64,000 nucleotides of DNA from an uncultured Chloroflexia bacterium (GTDB taxonomy: Bacteria > Chloroflexota > Limnocylindria > Limnocylindrales > CSP1-4). The translations under genes were made by a program, and so were the position numbers. The DNA is taken from positions 128,001-192,000 of the forward strand of contig CAVQJC010000002.1 of NCBI GenBank assembly GCA_963712745.1, in the 5' to 3' direction. A model generated the notes under the pieces. That model saw only the letters and a program-made list of their open reading frames with translations. It was not told the origin of the DNA and did no database searches. Of the stretch, positions 9,646-19,214 are shown in pieces. The first letter of the stretch is position 1; every line of letters starts with the position of its first letter.

Positions 9646-10392
9646 ATGACCGAACAAGCACCACGCCGCTGCCTTGTCACCGGTGGCTCGTCGGGGATCG
9701 GCTTCGCGACCGCTGCCCGGCTGGCTGCCGACGGCTGGGCCGTGACTTCCCTCTCCCGCCGGTCGATCGCGCCCGAAGGCGTGGAGTCGGTGGCCGGTGA
9801 CGCCGCCGAGGTGGCCGACCTGGAACGCGCCCTTGCTGCCGCTGCGCCGGAGGGCCGGCTCGATGGGCTCGTCTGCTCCGCGGGCCTGCCACCGAGCGGA
9901 CCCTGGGACGATCCCGAGCACTGGGCGGACGTGCTGCGCGTCGACCTCACCGCGTCCTGGCAGGCCGCGCGCCTGGCCTGGCCCGCTCTCCGCTCGGCGG
10001 GTGGCTCGGTCGTGCTGCTGGGCAGCATCGTGGGCAGCGGCGAGGGCTCGCTGCGTTCGCCCGCCTATGCTGCGGCCAAGGCCGGCATCGAGGGCCTTGG
10101 CCGCTCGCTCTCACTCATCGGCGCCAAGGAGGGCATCCGTGTCAACGTGCTCGCCCCCGGGGCCTTCGACACGCCGTTCGACGAGAAGCTCTTCCCGCCT
10201 GCGGAGCGCCCTGACGTGCCCCTCGGGCGCATGGGCGCCCCGGAGGAGGCAGCCGGCATCATCGCCTTCCTGCTCTCGGACGAGGCCTCCTATGTGAGCG
10301 GCTCGGTGTGGCGAGTGGATGGCGGCCGGACGGCGCTCTCGCCGGCCTCGTCGGCTGGTCTGGCCGCGCCAGACGAGCACACCGAGTTCTAG
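9646..10392 (+). CDS. SDR family oxidoreductase
   Basis: VTGGSSGIG, YAAAKAG, IRVNVLAPG, VDGG. Confidence 0.93.
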   Translation: MTEQAPRRCLVTGGSSGIGFATAARLAADGWAVTSLSRRSIAPEGVESVAGDAAEVADLERALAAAAPEGRLDGLVCSAGLPPSGPWDDPEHWADVLRVDLTASWQAARLAWPALRSAGGSVVLLGSIVGSGEGSLRSPAYAAAKAGIEGLGRSLSLIGAKEGIRVNVLAPGAFDTPFDEKLFPPAERPDVPLGRMGAPEEAAGIIAFLLSDEASYVSGSVWRVDGGRTALSPASSAGLAAPDEHTEF

Positions 10393-10393
10393 A

Positions 10394-10990
10394 TTGAGGC
10401 TTCGTCGCGTCACGCCACAGGAGGCCGGCTGGGCGGAGACACGGATCGGCCCCTGGACACGCCACGGTCGCCACATCGGCTACCGCAACCCCTGGCTGGA
10501 GGTATGGCACGACGAGGTCACGCGGCCAGACGGAGCACCCGGCATCTACGGGGTCGTGCACTTCGCCAACACCGCGGTCGGCGTCGTGGCCATCGACGGC
10601 GAGGATCGCGTCGCGCTCGTGGGACAGCACCGCTACGCCTTCGACACCTACCACTGGGAGATCCCCGAGGGGGGCTCGCCGCTGGCGGAGGACTCGCTCG
10701 AGGGTGCCAGGCGCGAGCTGCTCGAGGAGACCGGACTGACCGCAAGCAGCTGGCGGGTGATCGGACGCTGGGAGCTCTCCAACTCGGTCACCGACGAGGC
10801 CGCCGTGGCCTACCTGGCCACCGACCTGGAACACGGCGAGGCCCAGCCCGATGGGTCGGAAGAGCTGGACCTGAAGTGGTTGCCCTTCGACGAGGTCATG
10901 CGGCTCATACGCGAGGGCGAGATCACCGACGCCCTGACGGTCCTGCCCATGCAGGCGCTGGCCCTGGAACGAAGCCGCCAGGGGGACTGA
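10394..10990 (+). CDS. NUDIX hydrolase (ADP-ribose pyrophosphatase-like)
   Basis: Nudix box EIPEGG...ARRELLEETG; GEITDA; start codon uncertain. Confidence 0.9.
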   Translation: MRLRRVTPQEAGWAETRIGPWTRHGRHIGYRNPWLEVWHDEVTRPDGAPGIYGVVHFANTAVGVVAIDGEDRVALVGQHRYAFDTYHWEIPEGGSPLAEDSLEGARRELLEETGLTASSWRVIGRWELSNSVTDEAAVAYLATDLEHGEAQPDGSEELDLKWLPFDEVMRLIREGEITDALTVLPMQALALERSRQGD

Positions 10991-11090
10991 CCGCTGCCCG
11001 GAGGCTCGACACCCGATCCGGTGGTCGCTACGATCGAGCCACGGTCGCCCGACTCGACCGACCTGGCGGCCGGATGCTGGAGGGAAGCAG

Positions 11091-11997
11091 ATGCATAGCT
11101 CGGATCGCCGGGTCGCCTTCACGGGTGCCCTGGCACTGTCACTGGCGCTCGTTTCGCCGGTCATCGCGCAGGATGGCTCGGAGCCGGTGCCCTATCTCGA
11201 TGACCAGGGGAACCAGCTGGGAACCCTGCTCATCCGCGATTTCGCGGACCCCTTCACCGAGTTCGATCCCGCGTCGCCACCGGCAGAGGGTTCCCGCTAC
11301 GCCGTCCTCACCCTGACCTTCGAGGCCGCTGAGGACCAGGCCTTCCCGGCCGACCCGTACCAGGTGCAACTGCTCGACACGGACGGCTACGTCCACCTCT
11401 CGGGATGGGTCCCACGGCCGGCCGGTTCGGTCGTGCCTGATCTCCAGAGCCAGACACTCGCGCCGTTCGACCGCATCAGCGGTGTCATCCCCTACGTCCT
11501 GCCGGCGGAGGCGGAGATCGCCAGCGTCGTCTACCGCGGCGACGGCCGGCGCCTCATGCCCATCGTCGAGGTCGGAGACCGGGGCAGCGTCGCTGTCGGG
11601 GAGCCTCGCCTCATCGAGGACGCAGCCGGTACCGTCTACGGCGACGTCACGGTACGGGAGATCGATCGATCCGTTCACGGAGTTCGATCCCAACGGACCG
11701 CCCGCTGAGGGTATGCGCTACGTCCTCCTCGACACGGCCTTCACGGCGGCCGAGGACCAGGCCGTCGGGGCCAGCCCGGCCAATGTCGGGCTGGTCGGTG
11801 CCGACGGCATGATGTACTGGCCGAGCTGGGTCCCACGGCCGCAGCCGTTCCTGCTGCAGTACGTCGAGTCGCAGCCGCTGTCGCCGGGGGATCGCGTGTC
11901 AGGCGTCATCGGCTACGCCATCCCCCAGGACGTCGTCATCGACTCGGTCGTCTACAACCCTGAGGGCAACCGCTACCTCTCGCTCGTCGACCTCTAG
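11091..11997 (+). CDS. Secreted acidic protein with two homologous beta-rich domains (DUF4352-like); frameshift at ~11665
   Basis: Signal peptide ..VIAQD; internal repeat DPFTEFDP..PPAEG.RY...AAEDQA...WVPRP...L.P.DR.SGVI.Y in two frames. Confidence 0.7.
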
Positions 11998-12139
11998 GCC
12001 GGCGTCCGGGTGCTCGATGGCATCCGGGTGCTCGATGGCAGACAGCCCGCGGCCGTCGGCGGTCTCGGGCTGCTACCGCCCGGGCCATCGGGCTCGCGTC
12101 GAGACCGGATGCTGACGTGCGCGGCTGCTGACGTTCGCA

Positions 12140-12169
12140 TTGACACCGGGGCGCGCGGTCCGCTACTGT
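12140..12169 (+). promoter_or_regulatory. Sigma70-type promoter of the aro/trp operon leader
   Basis: TTGACA (12140-45), 18-nt spacer, TACTGT (12164-69). Confidence 0.7.
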
Positions 12170-12179
12170 CCGAGGCCTC

Positions 12180-12206
12180 ATGCACCAGTACTGGTACTTT
12201 AGCTAG
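12180..12206 (+). CDS. Leader peptide MHQYWYFS (candidate aromatic amino acid attenuator)
   Basis: ATG CAC CAG TAC TGG TAC TTT AGC TAG: four consecutive aromatic codons between promoter and terminator, upstream of DAHP synthase. Confidence 0.85.
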   Translation: MHQYWYFS

Positions 12207-12259
12207 CGGGTACGAGGCGGCCGGGTAGATCCCGGCGGCAGAGGCACTCGTGCCCGCTG

Positions 12260-12293
12260 ACGCAGGACCCCGACGGGCCTGCGTTTTTTGTTT
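12260..12293 (+). terminator. Intrinsic terminator (attenuator) upstream of the DAHP synthase gene
   Basis: ACGCAGG-a-CCC-cgac-GGG-CCTGCGT stem-loop followed by TTTTTGTTT. Confidence 0.88.
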
Positions 12294-12374
12294 GCCTCGC
12301 ACGACTCCGAGCACGAGCCAGACCACAGCTGCCGGCCAGGCAGGACACGAACCGAGGACGAGGGTGGTACCGAG

Positions 12375-13745
12375 ATGATCATCGTGATGCGCACCGAGGC
12401 GACGCAGGAGGAGATCGACGACGTCAAGCAGGTCGTCGCCGACGAGGGCCTTGAGACCTACGTGATGGTGGGCCAGGAACGCATCGTCATGGGCGTCGTG
12501 GGTGTGGGCGTGGAGCGGGTCCAACATGTCGAGCTGATGCCCGGCGTCGAGCAGTGCATCCGTGTCAGCAAACCCTACAAGCTGGCCTCCAGCGAACACC
12601 ACCCCGACAGATCGAGTGTTCGCGTGGGATCCGTGGAGATCGGTGCGGGCGCACCGCTGGCCGTCATGGCCGGGCCGTGCGCCGTGGAATCGCGCGAACA
12701 GTTGCTGGCCACTGCCCGCTGGGTGAAGCGCGAGGGGGCCACCTTGCTGCGCGGAGGTGCCTTCAAGCCGCGCTCCTCGCCGTACGCATTCCAGGGCCTC
12801 GGCGTGGAGGGCCTGCGGCTCCTCGCTGAGGCACGCGAGGAGACGGGGCTGCCGGTCGTCAGCGAGATCACCGACCCCGCCGACGTGCCCGTCTTCGAAG
12901 ACTACGTCGACATGCTCCAGGTCGGCGCCCGCAACATGGCCAACTTCGTCCTGCTCAAGGCCGTGGGCCAGTCACGCAAGCCGGTGCTCCTGAAACGCGG
13001 CCTCTCAGCCACCATCGACGAACTGCTGATGGCGGCCGAGTATGTCCTCTCCTCGGGCAATCCCAACGTCATCCTCTGCGAACGCGGTATCCGCACGTTC
13101 GAGACGGCCACCCGCAATACGCTGGACCTCTCGGCCGTGCCGGTCATCCAGGAGCGGACGCACCTGCCCGTCGTCGTCGACCCCTCGCATGGCACGGGGC
13201 ACCGCACTCTCGTCCGGCCGCTGGCCGTGGCCGGTGCCGCGGTTGGCGCCGATGGGATCATCATCGAGGTCCACCCTGACCCGCCCACGGCCCGCTCAGA
13301 CTCCGAGCAGTCGCTCTCCTTCCCCGAGTTCGGCGACCTCATGGACGACCTGCGCCGGCACGAGTTCTTGCGCCAGCCGACGGCCGCGCACGCCCACGTC
13401 CGCATCGAGCCGCCCACCGAGCGGAAGCACCTCCGTGCCCGCATCGACGATGTCGATGCGCGCCTCGTGGCGCTGCTCAAGGAGCGAGCAGAGCTCTCGG
13501 TGGCGGTCCAGCAGACGCGCGAGGCGGGCGACCACGGCCATGACGTGGGCCGCGAGCGTGAGCTCATCGAGAAGGCAGCGCACGGGTCGGAGGGTGTGCT
13601 CACGCCGGAGGAGCTCGAGATGGTCTACGGCGCCATCCTGCGCGTTTCGCGCTCCGCTCAGCGGCGAAGCGCTGCCGCTGCAGCAGCGGCCGATGGCGGA
13701 GCCGATCCGGACGGCGCGCTGGCCATTCCCAACGGCGGCAAGTGA
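12375..13745 (+). CDS. aroF: Class I-beta DAHP synthase with N-terminal ACT-like domain and C-terminal chorismate-mutase-like (AroQ) domain
   Basis: MIIVM.. regulatory domain; [45 protein letters not shown]; C-terminal [32 protein letters not shown]. Confidence 0.93.
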   Translation: MIIVMRTEATQEEIDDVKQVVADEGLETYVMVGQERIVMGVVGVGVERVQHVELMPGVEQCIRVSKPYKLASSEHHPDRSSVRVGSVEIGAGAPLAVMAGPCAVESREQLLATARWVKREGATLLRGGAFKPRSSPYAFQGLGVEGLRLLAEAREETGLPVVSEITDPADVPVFEDYVDMLQVGARNMANFVLLKAVGQSRKPVLLKRGLSATIDELLMAAEYVLSSGNPNVILCERGIRTFETATRNTLDLSAVPVIQERTHLPVVVDPSHGTGHRTLVRPLAVAGAAVGADGIIIEVHPDPPTARSDSEQSLSFPEFGDLMDDLRRHEFLRQPTAAHAHVRIEPPTERKHLRARIDDVDARLVALLKERAELSVAVQQTREAGDHGHDVGRERELIEKAAHGSEGVLTPEELEMVYGAILRVSRSAQRRSAAAAAAADGGADPDGALAIPNGGK

Positions 13746-15085
13746 TGGACGTGGCGGCCGGCCGGCCCGGAGAAGGGACGGTCGTGGCGGCCCCGTCGCT
13801 GGTCGGCGGGCTGCGCCTGCCGGCGGACAAGTCGGTCGCCCACCGCGCGCTGCTCTTCAACGCCATGGGCTTCGGCGAGGCCACGGTGACGATGTCTCGT
13901 CCGGGCGGGGACGTGCTCTCGATGGCCGACGCCCTGCGCACGCTGGGCGCAGTCACGTCCCTCGATACGACCGAGGACGGAAGCGTGGCCGTGCTGGTGC
14001 GCGGCGGCGGCACGCAGAAGGCTGCCGTCCTGCCGGGTAGCGGCGGGGAGATGCTCGATTGTGGCAACGCCGGTACGGCCATGAGGCTGCTCGCGGGAGC
14101 TCTTGCTGGACGTCCTGCCGCGGCCACGCTCGTCGGCGACGAGTCGCTCTCGAGCCGGCCCATGGAGCGCGTGGCCGTGCCCTTGCGGCGTGTCGGCGCG
14201 GGGGTCGTGACCGAGGACGGGCACGCACCGCTCCGGATCGAGGGCAGGCGGCCCCTGGCCGCGGTGGCGCATGAGCTGAGGGTCGCCAGCGCGCAGGTCA
14301 TCGGCTGTCTCACGCTGGCCGCCCTGGCCGCCGACGGCACCACCATCATCACCGCCCCTGGACCGACTCGCGATCACAGCGAACGGATGCTCGCCTGGCT
14401 CGAGGCGCCGGTCCGCCGTGAGGGCTACGTCACCACCATCGATGGCCCGGCCGGCTTCCCCGCCCGTTCGATCGACGTGCCCGGCGACATCTCCGCGGCC
14501 GCCGCCTGGCTGGTCGCGGGTGCCATCCATCCTGATGCCCACATCGTCATCGAGGAAGTCGGGCTCAATCCTTCGCGGACCGGCATCATCGATGTACTCC
14601 GCGAGATGGGCGCGGACATCAAGGTCGCCTCGGGCGGGCCTACCGCACGCTGTCCCGAGCCCGTCGGCACCATCACCGTCAGCGGAGGCCGGATGCTGCG
14701 CGGCATCGACCTCGCCGGCGACCGCGTCGCCGACGTCATCGACGAGCTGCCGCTCATCGCCGTGGCCATGGCGGCCGCCGACGGCGTGAGCACGTTGCGC
14801 GATGCCGCCGAGTTGCGCGTGAAGGAATCCGACCGCATCGCCTTGACAGTGGAGAACCTGCGATCCATCGGCGCCGGGGCCGAAGAGCGGCCAGACGGCT
14901 GGGTCGTCTCCCGCGGAGCCCCCCGCGACGCGTCGATCCGGACCGATGGCGACCACCGCATCGCCATGTCGTTCGCGATCGCCGGCCTGGCCGGCGTTTC
15001 GGGTACCGTTGCCATCGACGATCCCGCCTGTGCGGCCGTCTCCTATCCCACCTTCTGGACAGACATGGAGCGTCTGACCCCATGA
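13745..15085 (+). CDS. aroA: EPSP synthase
   Basis: DKSVAHRA, DCGNAGTAMR, SAQV, RDHSE, KESDRI, DHRIAM. Confidence 0.95.
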   Translation: MDVAAGRPGEGTVVAAPSLVGGLRLPADKSVAHRALLFNAMGFGEATVTMSRPGGDVLSMADALRTLGAVTSLDTTEDGSVAVLVRGGGTQKAAVLPGSGGEMLDCGNAGTAMRLLAGALAGRPAAATLVGDESLSSRPMERVAVPLRRVGAGVVTEDGHAPLRIEGRRPLAAVAHELRVASAQVIGCLTLAALAADGTTIITAPGPTRDHSERMLAWLEAPVRREGYVTTIDGPAGFPARSIDVPGDISAAAAWLVAGAIHPDAHIVIEEVGLNPSRTGIIDVLREMGADIKVASGGPTARCPEPVGTITVSGGRMLRGIDLAGDRVADVIDELPLIAVAMAAADGVSTLRDAAELRVKESDRIALTVENLRSIGAGAEERPDGWVVSRGAPRDASIRTDGDHRIAMSFAIAGLAGVSGTVAIDDPACAAVSYPTFWTDMERLTP

Positions 15086-16362
15086 CCTTGCGACGCCTTC
15101 GGCTGCTCACCGCCGGCGAGTCCCACGGACCCGGCATGTCCGGGATCGTCGACGGCCTGCCCGCCGGCCTGCGCGTCTCGACGGCCAAGGTCGACGAGGA
15201 GCTGGCACGTCGCCAGCACGGCTACGGCAGCGGACGGCGCATGCAGATCGAGCGCGACCGCGTGCGCTGGACCGCCGGGCTGCGCTTCGGACGAACGCTG
15301 GGCTCTCCCCTCGCCTTCTCCATCCCCAACCGCGATTGGGCCAACTGGGAAGAGCGCATGTCGCTGGAGCCCACCGCCTCATCGCGGCGGCCCAAAGCCA
15401 TCACCCTGGCCCGGCCGGGTCATGCCGACCTGGCGGGTGCCATCAAGTACGACACCGGCGACATCCGTAACGTGCTCGAGCGCGCCTCGGCCCGATCGAC
15501 GGCACCGCGGGTGGCCGCGGGGGCGATCTGCCGTCAGCTGCTGGAGGACTGCGGGGTACGCATCTGGTCGTTCGTCGACCAGCTGGGCCCGGTGCGGGCA
15601 TTCGGCGGCGTCGACGAGCCGGCGACCCAGGTGCCGGTGGGGTGGATCGAACAGGATCGCCGGGAGCCCACGCCCCTTCGCTGTCCCGACCCCGAAGCGG
15701 AGCTGGCCATGATGGCCGAGGTTGACGCCGCCATCGCCGCCGGGGACTCGGTCGGCGGCTCGTTCATCGTGATCGCTGAGGGCATGCCCGTGGGCATCGG
15801 CTCCAACGCCGAGTGGGACACGCGCATCGACTCCGCGGTCGCCGCGGCACTCATGGGCATCCAGGCGGTCAAGGGTGTCGAGATCGGCCTGGGTTTCGGT
15901 GCGGTCGGGCGGCGAGGCAGCGCGGTCCATGACGAGGTCGACCCGGGCGCTCCGGCCTGGCAACGCAAGACGAACCGCGCCGGTGGCACGGAGGGCGGCA
16001 TGACCAATGGTGCCGCCGTCGTGGCCCGGGTCGCGGTCAAGCCGGTGGCGACGCTGCGCAAGCCGCTCGATTCGGTCGACCTTGCGACGGGCGAGGTCCG
16101 ACGCGCTCACATCGAACGGAGTGACGTGGCCATCATCCCGCGTGCCGCCGTGGTCGGCGAGGCCATGCTCGCGCTGGCCCTGGCCGACGCCCTGCTGGCC
16201 GACCTCGGCGGCGACACCCTGGGCGACGTGAAGGCAGCCGTGCGCCGCCGGCGGCGTCGATCGATCGGGCCGCGCGGCACGGAGACGTCCGCTCGCACCC
16301 TCGAGGCACTGCCCGAGGACGCCGCGGAGGAGGCCACCGTGGTGGAGGGCACAGACGCATGA
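15082..16362 (+). CDS. aroC: Chorismate synthase
   Basis: TAGESHG, RPGHAD, ERASAR, NRAGGTEGG, ERSD. Confidence 0.96.
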   Translation: MTLRRLRLLTAGESHGPGMSGIVDGLPAGLRVSTAKVDEELARRQHGYGSGRRMQIERDRVRWTAGLRFGRTLGSPLAFSIPNRDWANWEERMSLEPTASSRRPKAITLARPGHADLAGAIKYDTGDIRNVLERASARSTAPRVAAGAICRQLLEDCGVRIWSFVDQLGPVRAFGGVDEPATQVPVGWIEQDRREPTPLRCPDPEAELAMMAEVDAAIAAGDSVGGSFIVIAEGMPVGIGSNAEWDTRIDSAVAAALMGIQAVKGVEIGLGFGAVGRRGSAVHDEVDPGAPAWQRKTNRAGGTEGGMTNGAAVVARVAVKPVATLRKPLDSVDLATGEVRRAHIERSDVAIIPRAAVVGEAMLALALADALLADLGGDTLGDVKAAVRRRRRRSIGPRGTETSARTLEALPEDAAEEATVVEGTDA

Positions 16363-17144
16363 ACGAACACCCGCGCGACTTCAAGTTGCTGGGCCACGGC
16401 ATCGCCTACTCGGCCTCACCCGCGATGATGAATGCCGCCTTCGCCTCGCTCGGGCTCCCGCATCGGTATGCGCTTGCGGACATCCCGGAGGAAGACGTGC
16501 CCGCGGTCGTCGACTCGTTGCGATCGACCGATGCCGGCGGAGCGAACGTGACCGTGCCGCACAAGGGCGTCGTCGTTCCCCTCCTCGACGACGTCTCGGA
16601 CGACGCGCGGGAGGCTGACGCTGTCAACACCATCGTCTGTCGCAACGGCCGACTGATCGGCCACAACACCGACATGCCGGCCATGATCGACGTCATCAGC
16701 GACCTGCGGCCACACGGTTCGGAGCATGCCATCATCCTCGGTGCCGGCGGTGCCGGCCGAGCGGTGCAGCTGGCCCTCAGCAAGTTGGGGGTGGACCGGG
16801 TCAGCGTGCTACATCGCTCGGACGCCTCGATCGAACGACTCCCACGCCTCATCGGCACTGCTGATCTGCTCGTCAACGCCACGCCCGTCGGCACCGGCAG
16901 CGATCAGAGCCCCGTGCCGGCCGAGCTCCTGCGGGATGACCTGGCTGTGCTCGACCTCGTCTACCGTCCTGATCCCACACGCCTCGTGAGGGACGCCCGG
17001 AAGGCAGGCGCGGTCGCGGAGGCCGGGTCAGCCCTGCTGCTCGGCCAGGCCTGGCGCGCCTTCGAGCTCTGGCTGGAGCGACCCGCACCAATCGAAGTGA
17101 TGCGCGCCGCGCTGGCGCGCGAACTGGAGAAGCACGATGACTGA
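16359..17144 (+). CDS. aroE: Shikimate dehydrogenase
   Basis: SASP, NVTVPHK, AVNT, NTD, GAGGAG, NATPVG, DLVY. Confidence 0.94.
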   Translation: MNEHPRDFKLLGHGIAYSASPAMMNAAFASLGLPHRYALADIPEEDVPAVVDSLRSTDAGGANVTVPHKGVVVPLLDDVSDDAREADAVNTIVCRNGRLIGHNTDMPAMIDVISDLRPHGSEHAIILGAGGAGRAVQLALSKLGVDRVSVLHRSDASIERLPRLIGTADLLVNATPVGTGSDQSPVPAELLRDDLAVLDLVYRPDPTRLVRDARKAGAVAEAGSALLLGQAWRAFELWLERPAPIEVMRAALARELEKHDD

Positions 17145-18756
17145 CACGATCGTCCTGGTCGGCCTGTCCGGCAGCGGCAAGTCCACCATCGCTGAGCCGC
17201 TCGCGGAGCGACTGCGCCGGCCGCTCATCGACGTGGACGCCGCCATCGAGGAACGGGTCGGGATGGATCCGTCCACCATCATCCATGAGCGTGGCGAAGC
17301 CGCCTTCCGTGAGCTGGAGGTCGAAGCAGTGGCGCGCGCCTGCGAGGTGGACGGCGCGGTCGTCGCGACGGGCGGCGGGGCCATCATCGACCCACTGAAC
17401 CGCTGGGCGCTGTGGCATGCGGGGGCGGTCGTCTGGCTCGACGCTCCGGATGACGTGCTGCTTGGCCGCCTGGCCCGCCACTACAAGCCTCGCCCGATGC
17501 TCGAGGGCAACGCGGCTGATCGCTTGGCCGCGCTTCGGGGCTCGCGCTCTCCGTTCTACCGTGCGGCCGACATCCATGTCGATGCCACGGCGCCGGTCGA
17601 GGAGGTCATCGAGACCGTCATCTCGAGAGTGGAACAAGGGGTGGGGCAGTCGCGCCGGCTCTACGACTCCGAGGTCAAGCAGGACCACCCGATGATCCCC
17701 GCCACCTCGCGCATCGTCTTCGGAGAGCATCTGGACGAAGCCGTCTTCGGCGACGTACTGGGTCCGGTCAGCACCGGTTCCCCCGTGGTGGTCGCCGACA
17801 GAGGAGCCGCCAGGGCGCTGCCCGAGCTCCTGGGGGCCCTGCCGCAGGCTCGCCTGCTGCGTATCGCCGGTGGTGAGCGCTACAAGCGACTGCGCAATGT
17901 GGAACGCCTGCTCGAGTCAGCCAGCACGCTGGGCGCCGAGCGAGGGGATGCCTGGATCGGCGTGGGCGGCGGGACCGCCACCGACCTGGTCGGAACCGCT
18001 GCCGCCCTGTACCTGCGGGGGGTGCCATTCATGGCCGTCCCGACAACGTGGCTGGGCATGACCGATGCGGCCATCGGCGGGAAGGTCGCAGTGGACCTGC
18101 CGAACGCCAAGAACGCAGCCGGTGCCTTCTGGCCGCCCTCGGCAGTGGTCGGCGATATCGCGAGCCTGGGGCCCTTGCCCCGTGCGCGACGGCTGGACGG
18201 CATGGCCGAGTCGCTCAAGAGCGGACTCATCGGTGACCGGGTCCTGTGGCACCTCATCGAGACGCGGGGACGAGCAGCGTTGCGGAATGACCAGGCTGCC
18301 CGCTACGCCATCATCGATCGCTCCGTGCAGCTCAAGCTGGGCATCGTCAGCCGCGACCTGTTCGAGCGCGGTGAGCGCCGCACGCTCAACCTCGGGCACA
18401 CCATCGGCCACGCCCTCGAAATCGAGAGCGGGTTCCGGCTGCCTCACGGGCAGGCCGTGGTGCTCGGCATCCGTGCCGTCGCCGCCGTCGCCCGGCGCTG
18501 GGGTGCGGAACCCGACCTGGCCGATCAGATCGACAGCGTCGCCTCAGACCTGGGTTTCGAGCTGCGGCGAGCCTTCGATACCGACGTGGTCAAGCGCGCA
18601 CTCCAGAGCGACAAGAAACGACACCTCGGACGCCAGCGCTGGATCATGCCCATGGCCGTGGGCACGGTGATGGAGGTCGACGACGTCACGGATGCCGAGC
18701 TCGATCTTGCCCTCGCGACGATCGCAGCGGACGGCCAGAAAGGGGTTTCAGCATGA
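17137..18756 (+). CDS. aroKB: Bifunctional shikimate kinase / 3-dehydroquinate synthase
   Basis: N-terminal GLSGSGKST, GEAAFRELE, ATGGG; C-terminal GGGTATDL, PTTWLGMTDAAIGGK, LNLGHTIGHA, LPHGQAV, DKK. Confidence 0.93.
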   Translation: MTDTIVLVGLSGSGKSTIAEPLAERLRRPLIDVDAAIEERVGMDPSTIIHERGEAAFRELEVEAVARACEVDGAVVATGGGAIIDPLNRWALWHAGAVVWLDAPDDVLLGRLARHYKPRPMLEGNAADRLAALRGSRSPFYRAADIHVDATAPVEEVIETVISRVEQGVGQSRRLYDSEVKQDHPMIPATSRIVFGEHLDEAVFGDVLGPVSTGSPVVVADRGAARALPELLGALPQARLLRIAGGERYKRLRNVERLLESASTLGAERGDAWIGVGGGTATDLVGTAAALYLRGVPFMAVPTTWLGMTDAAIGGKVAVDLPNAKNAAGAFWPPSAVVGDIASLGPLPRARRLDGMAESLKSGLIGDRVLWHLIETRGRAALRNDQAARYAIIDRSVQLKLGIVSRDLFERGERRTLNLGHTIGHALEIESGFRLPHGQAVVLGIRAVAAVARRWGAEPDLADQIDSVASDLGFELRRAFDTDVVKRALQSDKKRHLGRQRWIMPMAVGTVMEVDDVTDAELDLALATIAADGQKGVSA

Positions 18757-19191
18757 GGATCCTGCTACTCAACGGGCCCAACCTGGGCCGTCTCGGCAAG
18801 CGCCAGCCTGGAGATCTACGGCTCCACCACGCTGGCGGAGGTGGAAGCCGCGGCCGCCGAACACGCGGTCAGCCTGGGCCACTCCCTCGTGGCCTACCAG
18901 TCAAATCACGATGGTGCGCTCATCGATCGCATCGAAGAGCGCGACTACGACGCCATCGTCATCAACCCCGGTGCCCTGACCCACTACGCATGGTCGTTGC
19001 ACGACGCGTTGGTCGGCGCTGAGTGCCCGGTCGTGGAGATCCACATCAGCGACATCTACGCCCGCGAAGCCTGGCGCCATTTCTCGGTCGTCGAACCGGT
19101 CGCCAGCCACCGCATCATGGGACATGGCTGGCGCGGGTATCTCGAAGCCATCGACTTCCTTCACGCCGAGGCCGCCGAACGGTCTCGCTGA
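18753..19191 (+). CDS. aroQ: Type II 3-dehydroquinate dehydratase; frameshift at ~18810
   Basis: LLNGPNLGRLGKRQP, then in the shifted frame EIYG..., YQSNHDG, INPGALTH, EIHISD..RE.WRH.S. Confidence 0.92.
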
Positions 19192-19214
19192 CCGAGACAC
19201 CCGAGGACCCTCCC

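Noticed and set aside
12005-12040. 18-bp direct duplication TCCGGGTGCTCGATGGCA
   Set aside because: Only two copies, no associated element; likely slippage
12207-12374. T-box riboswitch upstream of the aro operon
   Set aside because: Leader too short for stem I and no TGGnACC T-box motif upstream of the terminator; the GGTGGTACC at ~12363 lies downstream of it in the RBS region
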